Source of the DNA: Minisyncoccota bacterium
Lineage (GTDB): Bacteria > Patescibacteriota > Minisyncoccia > Phycocordibacterales > UBA918
Assembly: GCA_022841645.1 (NCBI GenBank)
Contig: JALHRC010000004.1
Coordinates: 4,078 to 68,077, forward strand
DNA length: 64,000 nt
Reading direction: 5' to 3'
The notes beneath the pieces were generated by a model. That model was given only the letters and a program-made list of their open reading frames with translations, was not told where the DNA came from and did no database searches. The position numbers and the translations under genes are program-made. Shown here one piece after another: positions 58,314-64,000 of this stretch. Every line of letters begins with the position of its first letter. The stretch's first letter is position 1.

Positions 58314-58504
58314 CCTCCACCGGGACCCAACATGTAGCGAAAGCGTAGTGGTGGTGATGGAGGGGCGGGGTCGCGACAGCGAGCCGAAATGGAGCAAAGT
58401 GAACATTTTGGCCGCTGTGGTGACCGAGTATTTCCATAGCGAAGAAATATGGTTAGTAACTCGTGACCACTGCGTTCATGATTTTTTGCTACAATCCTTG
58501 CGTC

Positions 58505-58576
58505 GCTCCCATAGTTTAATGGATAGAATGCAGGTTTCCGGTACCTGCGATCCAGGTTCGATTCCTGGTGGGAGCA
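58505..58576 (+). tRNA. tRNA-Arg (anticodon CCG), no encoded CCA
   Basis: Acceptor GCTCCCA/TGGGAGC, anticodon loop TTCCGGT, T-loop TTCGATT. 72 nt. Confidence 0.75.
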
Positions 58577-58587
58577 CAAATCGGCCC

Positions 58588-58611
58588 ACTGAAATGCGAA
58601 GGCATTTCGGT
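58588..58611 (+). terminator. Hairpin (GAAATGC-GAAG-GCATTTC) after tRNA-Arg(CCG)
   Basis: Sits in the same position as the hairpin after the first tRNA-Arg. Confidence 0.5.
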
Positions 58612-58625
58612 CGTTGTCGTTTGTA

Positions 58626-58646
58626 GCTCCCACCAGGAATCGAACC
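58626..58646 (-). repeat. Perfect inverted copy of the 3'-terminal 21 nt of tRNA-Arg(CCG)
   Basis: GCTCCCACCAGGAATCGAACC is the reverse complement of tRNA positions 58555-58575. Confidence 0.7.
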
Positions 58647-58765
58647 GAGGCGCGGCGAAGCCCGCAGGCGAAATGAAATGGAGCCGAGGAACGCGCCGAG
58701 TGGGGGTCGAGCGAGTGCGGTAGTTTATGAGCGGAGCGAAGTAAACTACCCACGAGAGTGACCGG

Positions 58766-58783
58766 TTCCTGGTGGGAGCACCA
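58766..58783 (+). repeat. Direct partial copy of the tRNA-Arg(CCG) 3' end (TTCCTGGTGGGAGCA + CCA)
   Basis: 15-nt identity with the tRNA acceptor/T-stem 3' strand, about 190 bp downstream of the tRNA and just upstream of the HAD gene. Confidence 0.6.
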
Positions 58784-58807
58784 GTTTATGATTATTTTAC
58801 GGCGTAA

Positions 58808-59404
58808 ATGACCCACCCCACTCTCTTTATCGACTTTGATGGCACCCTCTGTCATGGGCGGTTTTGGCAAAGTCTGCCGGAGGACGCATATAAAAAAGTA
58901 CAAACAGCCTTGTTTCTCGAGCGAAAGGAGGTAGTGAAGAATTGGATGCGTGGCTTGCATACAGCAGAGGCCGTTACAGAAGTGGTGGCGGAGGCAACTG
59001 GACTCTCCTATTCCCTTCTCTGGTCTATCCTCGTGCGTGACTCACAGTCGTTCACCATAGCGGAAGAATTACTAGAACTAGTTGATGAGCTTCGCCAGCA
59101 CCACCACACTGTTCTTATGACTGACAATATGGATACATTTACGCGCTTTACCGTGCCAGCACTGCATCTCGAGCAGCATTTTGATGTTATTGTGAATTCC
59201 TTTGACCAGAAGCGCTGCAAAAAAGACGAAAATGGCCAAATATTTCGTGATTTCTGCGTCGGACCACTTGAACAAGCGGTTCTAATTGACGATAGCGAAA
59301 ATGGCTGCCAACTATTTACTGAGCTAGGCGGCACTGCATACATGGTAACGAACGAAGAGCCCACGCTAGGTCACCTAAAAAACCTGTTACATAGCGTAGT
59401 ATAG
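58808..59404 (+). CDS. HAD-superfamily hydrolase
   Basis: Motif I FIDFDGTL. 198 aa. Confidence 0.6.
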   Translation: MTHPTLFIDFDGTLCHGRFWQSLPEDAYKKVQTALFLERKEVVKNWMRGLHTAEAVTEVVAEATGLSYSLLWSILVRDSQSFTIAEELLELVDELRQHHHTVLMTDNMDTFTRFTVPALHLEQHFDVIVNSFDQKRCKKDENGQIFRDFCVGPLEQAVLIDDSENGCQLFTELGGTAYMVTNEEPTLGHLKNLLHSVV

Positions 59405-59408
59405 ATAT

Positions 59409-59693
59409 ATGGAACTCTCCGAACGTTGCATTCAAACCCTAGAAAAAGAAGGTTGGCCACACATTTACGAGTGGTCTGACGCCCCTGGTACGACCTACCC
59501 CGAACACCAACATCAAGACAAAGTAGTGCTATTTATCACCGAAGGCTCGCTAGAGCTAACAATGGGTGGCCAAACCCACGAACTTCGCCCGGGAGATCGT
59601 TTAGATATTCCACCAGAGACTCCCCACCTAGCCACGGTGGGACCTGAAGGCTGCCAATATGTGGTCGGAGAGATGGTCGAAGGTGATTCGTAA
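59409..59693 (+). CDS. Small cupin-domain protein
   Basis: 94 aa. Conserved His/Glu pattern (YPEHQHQDKVVLFITEG ... GDRLDIPPETPH). Confidence 0.5.
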   Translation: MELSERCIQTLEKEGWPHIYEWSDAPGTTYPEHQHQDKVVLFITEGSLELTMGGQTHELRPGDRLDIPPETPHLATVGPEGCQYVVGEMVEGDS

Positions 59694-59792
59694 TTGATTT
59701 ATTTTAGATGGTATTGTACGGTACTGACAGTTTCAGTTCTGGCTCTGGTCCGACATGGGCCTAGTTGCACTCCAAAAAGAAGGAACTGCAAG

Positions 59793-60347
59793 ATGAAACC
59801 GACCGAAATGCTACGCAATGGCATGTGGGGTGATAAGTTTGTCATTACCTACAGCGACCCGGAGCTGCCTTCCGACGATCTCGTTAGTCTGGCGGGAGGA
59901 TCGGTCTTTCTCGCCGGCCCGACGTCACGAGAGCAGGCGATTAATGATATGTGGCGGTGTGTGGCGGTACGCCAGCTCCGCGCCGCAAGCTTTAATGGTT
60001 ACATCGTCATACCGGAACCACGAGGCCTCACCGAAGACGTTTCGGCCATCATTGCCAATCGTCCTAGGTGGGAGGGTGATCGCCTCGTCTGGGTGCAGCG
60101 AGTGCTCTTCTGGATACCGCGCTCGAAAACCCTGCCTGGTAGCAACACCAACACTGAAATCGGGATGCACCTCGGTCCCCCGGGCCAGCCGTTGCCCGAG
60201 GGGATGAGTAAACGCCTTTTTGTTGGTTGGCCGCCGGGCACGCCCGATATGGGTATTTTGAGGCATCACTGCGAGAAGAAGCGGGTGGAGGTGTTCTCGG
60301 ACTTGCAGACACTGTGCGGTGTAGTGGCGGCCAGTTTCCGACGTTGA
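59793..60347 (+). CDS. Hypothetical protein (start at the Met after an AAGGAA RBS). Weak FLAGP...IPEP pattern
   Basis: ORF track begins at 59694. Function unknown. Confidence 0.4.
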   Translation: MKPTEMLRNGMWGDKFVITYSDPELPSDDLVSLAGGSVFLAGPTSREQAINDMWRCVAVRQLRAASFNGYIVIPEPRGLTEDVSAIIANRPRWEGDRLVWVQRVLFWIPRSKTLPGSNTNTEIGMHLGPPGQPLPEGMSKRLFVGWPPGTPDMGILRHHCEKKRVEVFSDLQTLCGVVAASFRR

Positions 60348-60437
60348 TCGAAGGACCCCGGCATGGCGACATGCCGGGGCTTATCGGGGATAAAATCGAA
60401 TAGATGTCAGTGTATATAATATATACTCCTTACAATT

Positions 60438-61118
60438 ATGACTTCACGCCAGCGGTATAAGGAAGCGCAGTACGAAGAGGCAAAAAGCCTTCGTTTGCGA
60501 GGTTTTTCCTACGCTGCTATTGCTAAGATCTGTGCTATCGCGCCCTCTACCGTACACGCCTGGTTCGCAAAGGATACTTTTTCTCAAGCGGTGACCGCCA
60601 GTAACCGGAAGCGCGCCGCCAAGGAAAATAAGGTACGTATTGGCGTTATCAACCAGGCAAGAAAGAAAGAACGGGCGGTGCAGTACGCGGCAGTAGTAAA
60701 GCTGGCAGAAACTGAATACAAGCACTACCGGACTTCCCCGTTATTTATGGCGGGGCTCATGGTGTACGTGAGCGAGGGTGACACTCAGCATCCACGACTG
60801 ATTCGTATGGCAAACAGTCGTCCAGAGCTCCACCGGGTGTTCATTCGCTTCTTGCATGAGTTTATGGGGGTGGAACGCAACCAGGTGCGGTTTTGGCTGC
60901 TCCTCTACCCCGACCTTGATGAAACCACCTGTATGAAGCACTGGATTAAAAAAATTGGCGTTTCTGCCGGACAATTTTATAAAAACCAGTATATCCAGGG
61001 TCGTAGCCAGAAACGTACGTTGCATTTTGGGGTTGGCAATACTATAATCGGCAGTACTCTTTTGAAAAAGAAGCTGGTTCGCTGGATTGAATTGGCCCTC
61101 AAAGAGCTACAAAAATGA
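60438..61118 (+). CDS. HTH + possible single-motif LAGLIDADG-like domain protein
   Basis: N-terminal HTH (GFSYAAIAKICAIAPSTVHAWF). Later FMAGLMVYVSEGD...ELHRVFIRFLHEFMGVERNQV resembles the LAGLIDADG dodecapeptide plus the following ..LL..I...FG.G.I block. Ends 5 nt before tRNA-Gly. Confidence 0.3.
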   Translation: MTSRQRYKEAQYEEAKSLRLRGFSYAAIAKICAIAPSTVHAWFAKDTFSQAVTASNRKRAAKENKVRIGVINQARKKERAVQYAAVVKLAETEYKHYRTSPLFMAGLMVYVSEGDTQHPRLIRMANSRPELHRVFIRFLHEFMGVERNQVRFWLLLYPDLDETTCMKHWIKKIGVSAGQFYKNQYIQGRSQKRTLHFGVGNTIIGSTLLKKKLVRWIELALKELQK

Positions 61119-61123
61119 CGTTG

Positions 61124-61194
61124 CGGCCATGGTTAAGTGGTATAACATATCGTTGCCAACGATAGGTCGGGAGTTCGATTCTCCCTGGCCGCAC
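61124..61194 (+). tRNA. tRNA-Gly (anticodon GCC)
   Basis: Acceptor GCGGCCA/TGGCCGC, anticodon loop TTGCCAA, T-loop TTCGATT. 71 nt. Confidence 0.75.
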
Positions 61195-61241
61195 AAACGC
61201 GTTTAAATCCCTGCCCTGCGGCAGGGATTTAGCGTTTGTGA
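61195..61241 (+). terminator. Long imperfect hairpin immediately after tRNA-Gly
   Basis: CAAACGC-GTTTAAATCCCTGCC-CTGC-GGCAGGGATTTAG-CGTTTGTG. Confidence 0.5.
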
Positions 61242-61391
61242 ACCGCAGCGATGTTTCTGGCTTAACAAAAAGCCAGAAACTGCGAGGTGGGGCCGAGAAC
61301 ACTTAGTAGATTTGGAGTAAAACGAACAAATATACTTAGTGATTCGTGGCCAAGTACAAAAATGAGCGCCTCCGGGCGCCATTTTTGTTCG

Positions 61392-61437
61392 TGCGGCCAG
61401 AGCACTGCCTTTGCAGGCAGTGCGTGGAGAATCGAAC
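61392..61437 (-). repeat. Inverted copy of the tRNA-Gly 3'-terminal 21 nt, split by a 25-nt hairpin insertion (TGCGGCCAG / hairpin / GGAGAATCGAAC)
   Basis: Reverse complements match tRNA-Gly 61186-61194 and 61174-61185. Between them lies GCACTGCC-TTTGCA-GGCAGTGC. Confidence 0.55.
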
Positions 61438-61512
61438 GGCGGAGCGTTGCTAAACGCGCCTTTCCTAGCGCGTTTAGCCGCGAGCCGCGGCCGGCGTTCT
61501 TATGAGCGAAGT

Positions 61513-61606
61513 GTGAGAAGTGACTAAATGTCACTTCGCAAGACTCATTGAGAACTTTTGTGAGTTTACGAACAAAAGATCCAATGAGTGGACAGTTTCT
61601 GTAAGA
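61513..61606. repeat. Copy 2 of the ~95-nt structured repeat (see feature 3-98)
   Basis: GTGAGAA + GAAGTGAC-TAAAT-GTCACTTC + GCAAGACTCATTGAGA ... TCCAATGAGTGGACAG-TTT-CTGTAAGA. Confidence 0.5.
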
Positions 61607-61623
61607 AATTAGAAAAAGCGGGC

Positions 61624-61638
61624 CGATTCTCCCTGGCC
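61624..61638 (+). repeat. Direct partial copy of the tRNA-Gly 3' end (CGATTCTCCCTGGCC)
   Basis: 15-nt identity with tRNA-Gly 61178-61192, about 430 bp downstream of the tRNA. Confidence 0.55.
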
Positions 61639-61894
61639 ATATACAGAACAAGCACCCCTCCGGGCGCTTGTTCTGTGCCTAAGGGTAACTAGGGTAAGTT
61701 TGTCTGAGGAGGCCCTGAGCATGTTAAAATGGTAAAGACAGCTGTGGATAACTAAGTGAATAGGTGGATAAAGGACAACTGTCTTTTAAAACTATGGCTC
61801 AACATATAGAATCTTGCCCAGAGCTTTCGGTAAGTGCCGAGTCCAACGTGTTTGATTTTACTGTGCTTAGAAACTGCCACGTGGAACATTTCAC

Positions 61895-62308
61895 ATGAAA
61901 CAAGCCGATAAGCTGGGAAAGCGTAATCAAATTGGTGCCTGGGGAGAGGAGATTGCGGCCGGTGCCATTATTCGAAGAGGAATGACCATTTTGGAAACCA
62001 ACTACCTTAAAAAGTGGGGTGAAATCGATATTGTTGCACGTGAAAAGGATATTTTGCACTTTGTCGAGGTAAAAACAGTTTCATATGAAACAAAACCTCG
62101 ATTACAGTGGGCAATTTCACATGAAACCTGGCGTCCCGAGGATAATGTCCACCGGGCCAAGCTCCTCCGTCTCTCAAGGACAATCGCCACCTGGATTGCT
62201 GAGCATCGTTACACGGGAAACTGGCAGATTGATGTGGCGGTTGTGCGGCTAGTTGAAATTGAAAAATACGCAACGGTTAATTTTATTTGGAATGTGATTA
62301 TGGACTAA
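61895..62308 (+). CDS. yraN: YraN-family (UPF0102) endonuclease-like protein
   Basis: GAWGEEIAAGAIIRRGMTILETNYLKKWGEIDIVAREKDILHFVEVKT matches the YraN core. Confidence 0.6.
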   Translation: MKQADKLGKRNQIGAWGEEIAAGAIIRRGMTILETNYLKKWGEIDIVAREKDILHFVEVKTVSYETKPRLQWAISHETWRPEDNVHRAKLLRLSRTIATWIAEHRYTGNWQIDVAVVRLVEIEKYATVNFIWNVIMD

Positions 62309-62435
62309 GGTTCCATGGGAAACACCCTTAGTAGTGTTTCACGTGAAACACTGATTAAGTGTTAGTAAATGGTCTTTTTTTTATCCTTATGGTACTATCA
62401 TCGAGCTAAAAGTAATACGAAGGCAAAATATATTT

Positions 62436-62506
62436 CGGGGCGTAGCATAATGGTAGTGTACGCGGTTTGGGACCGCGTGGCCCGGGTTCGATTCCCGGCG
62501 CCCCGA
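62436..62506 (+). tRNA. tRNA-Pro (anticodon TGG)
   Basis: Acceptor CGGGGCG/CGCCCCG, anticodon stem CGCGG/CCGCG with loop TTTGGGA, T-loop TTCGATT. Confidence 0.7.
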
Positions 62507-62541
62507 CAGGCAAGGTAAAGACATAGTAACCACGTTATTCC

Positions 62542-62964
62542 ATGGCAAAAGAAGAGCATTTTGTTGGAAAGGTGGCCCAAAAAGCCCTTATTAGGCGTGG
62601 TGATGAGGTGTTAATTGTGCGTGACATTGGTGATGTAGATACGTGGGAACTGCCAGGTGGTAGGCTCAACGTGGGTGAGGACCCCAGGAGTGGTTTGGCA
62701 AGGGAAATGCGTGAAGAGTTAGGAATCGAGATAGAGGTGGGAAATGTGATTTTTCTTGAGCAGTTTATCCAGCTGCGTTCAGGTGAGCCTCACTTGGCAC
62801 TAATCTACGAAGCTGCACTGCGGAGTCCTCACGCTGATCTTTTTTTGCAACCGGATGAGGTGGCAGAGATAGCCTGGGTAAATGCAGAAAATTGGCAAGA
62901 ATATCGTTACTTTGCTGAGTACAAGCGTGCTTTAGCAAGTTATTTTGCCAAAACGACAGCGTGA
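62542..62964 (+). CDS. NUDIX hydrolase
   Basis: NUDIX box GGRLNVGEDPRSGLAREMREELGIE. Confidence 0.8.
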   Translation: MAKEEHFVGKVAQKALIRRGDEVLIVRDIGDVDTWELPGGRLNVGEDPRSGLAREMREELGIEIEVGNVIFLEQFIQLRSGEPHLALIYEAALRSPHADLFLQPDEVAEIAWVNAENWQEYRYFAEYKRALASYFAKTTA

Positions 62965-63569
62965 AAAAACAAGTATTTTACATCCACGGTGGGGAAGCCT
63001 TCTCAAACTACGAGGCATTTTTAGCGTCTTTGCGCACCAAACCAGTGCGTGACCTGCCCGGGCAGGAGCGTACCTCAATCTGGACTGATACGCTGCGGGC
63101 TGACCTGGGTGACGACTTTGAGGTGTTTATGCCATCGATGCCGAATAAACAAAACTCAAAGTATCTTGAGTGGAAGCTTTGGTTTGAGCGCTATTTTCCC
63201 CATCTGCGCGACGGAGTACACCTCGTCGGCTGGTCGCAAGGAGGCTATTTTCTGGCCAAGTACCTCACCGAGGAAACCCCGCCGTGGCGGATTGGCACGC
63301 TTATTCTCATTGCTGCCCCCATTGGCCCGGATGAGTTTGGTGGGGAAGACGGCGGAGACTTTAATTTTGACGTCACAAAACTTTCGCTTTTGGCAGAAAA
63401 GGCTGAAAATATAGCTTTATTTCACTCTACGGATGACCCTGTCGTCCCTTTTTCTCATGCCGAGCGCTATAAAGAGGCATTGCCACTGGCTCACCTGGTC
63501 CGCTTCTCGGATAAAGGACACTTCATAGTGGAGACCTTGCCAGAATTAATTGAACAGTTGCGCGGGTAG
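62961..63569 (+). CDS. RBBP9/YdeN-like alpha/beta serine hydrolase
   Basis: Nucleophile elbow GWSQGG. 202 aa. 4-nt overlap with the NUDIX gene. Confidence 0.6.
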   Translation: MKKQVFYIHGGEAFSNYEAFLASLRTKPVRDLPGQERTSIWTDTLRADLGDDFEVFMPSMPNKQNSKYLEWKLWFERYFPHLRDGVHLVGWSQGGYFLAKYLTEETPPWRIGTLILIAAPIGPDEFGGEDGGDFNFDVTKLSLLAEKAENIALFHSTDDPVVPFSHAERYKEALPLAHLVRFSDKGHFIVETLPELIEQLRG

Positions 63570-63675
63570 GGAGGTGGGGCGCCGGCTGCTCTTCCGGCGG
63601 CCTCCCGCCACCAGGGCGGGCATCCCCGCGTAAGAAGTCGGTATTTTGAGCGTCTACGTATATAATGGTGTCCAC

Positions 63676-64000
63676 ATGGCGGGTCCTAATAAGACAACAC
63701 GGCAGGTGGAGGACCAGGAAGTTCGCTTCACTGCCGCCTTCGACGAGTATAGTGACGCTTTGTTTCGTCACGCTTCTTTACGTATCGGCAGCCGCGAGCA
63801 AGCCATTGATCTTGTTCATGACGCGTTCGCCAAAGTCTGGACCTATGTCCGCTCGGGACACGAGGTCGACAATTTTCGCCCCTTTTTATATAAAGTGCTC
63901 AATAACTTGATCATCGACGAGTATCGTAAGTCGCGCGAGGTATCACTCGACGCGCTCTTGGAGAAAGACGGCGTTGATGAAGGAGATTTTGAGGGACTGT
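63676..64000 (+). CDS. ECF-type sigma-70 family sigma factor, 5'-partial (runs off the window end)
   Basis: Region 2 motifs (FDEYSDALFRHA...DLVHDAFAKVW; FRPFLYKVLNNLIIDEYRK). A TATAAT lies at 63661. Confidence 0.6.
   Translation, partial: MAGPNKTTRQVEDQEVRFTAAFDEYSDALFRHASLRIGSREQAIDLVHDAFAKVWTYVRSGHEVDNFRPFLYKVLNNLIIDEYRKSREVSLDALLEKDGVDEGDFEGL

Noticed and set aside
58291-58420. Possibility that the inverted 21-mers are the 3' ends of complete minus-strand tRNA genes
   Set aside because: Hand-folding the upstream sequence on the minus strand gives no T-stem, anticodon arm or acceptor 5' strand. Example: GGAGGGG cannot pair with CCTGG.
63661-63666. TATAAT hexamer upstream of the partial sigma-factor gene as its promoter
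   Set aside because: It lies only 10 nt from the ATG with no convincing -35 element. Too weak to call.

Overview
This 64-kb window appears to lie at the replication-origin region of a small-genome bacterium. The anchoring arrangement is rpmH-rnpA-yidC on the + strand, divergent from dnaA-dnaN on the - strand.

First ~18 kb: housekeeping genes (polA, holA-like, tsaE, pilB, ruvB, yebC, ruvC, tyrS, PBP1A, a DUF721/DciA-like gene, dnaN, dnaA).

18.3-30.3 kb: a 12-gene minus-strand operon directly abutting yidC. It encodes a T4SS-like apparatus: a VirB2/TrbC-like pilin, a VirB4 ATPase, a VirB3-like protein, a VirB6/TrbL-like polytopic protein with a ~400-aa C-terminal extension, and several secreted or membrane proteins. 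No coupling protein or relaxase is present in the window.

30-43 kb: core genes (rsmA, pcrA, an M23/LysM peptidase, comM, a DksA-like zinc finger, pnp with a structured leader, an NYN-domain gene inserted between rpsO and pnp, and a PG-binding protein).

43.2-51.4 kb: an accessory patch, higher GC by eye. It carries an atypical PEP-utiliser (phosphohistidine swivel) protein with an unrecognised N-terminal region. Next to it is a tandem duplication of histidine-phosphatase-like genes; each copy has its own duplicated promoter motif and its own terminator hairpin. The patch also has two convergent TrmB-like regulators, a SAM methyltransferase, an IS30-family insertion sequence and a DinJ-YafQ toxin-antitoxin pair.

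51-64 kb: cspA, two tandem membrane-anchored M14 carboxypeptidase paralogs, xth, an ~800-bp ORF-free hairpin-rich region, cca, and four tRNAs (Arg-TCG, Arg-CCG, Gly-GCC, Pro-TGG).

Three non-genic signals are highlighted below as the most unusual:
- Each of the two tRNA-Arg genes and the tRNA-Gly gene is followed by an inverted copy of its own 3'-terminal 21 nt (the Gly copy is split by a hairpin). tRNA-Arg(CCG) and tRNA-Gly additionally have direct partial copies further downstream.
- A ~95-nt structured element occurs twice (3-98 and 61513-61606). Its 5' hairpin differs in sequence between the copies but keeps its base pairing.
- The PEP-utiliser plus duplicated histidine-phosphatase cassette looks like a candidate phospho-histidine relay module.

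All calls rest on reading the sequence and on motif recognition. No database searches were run.
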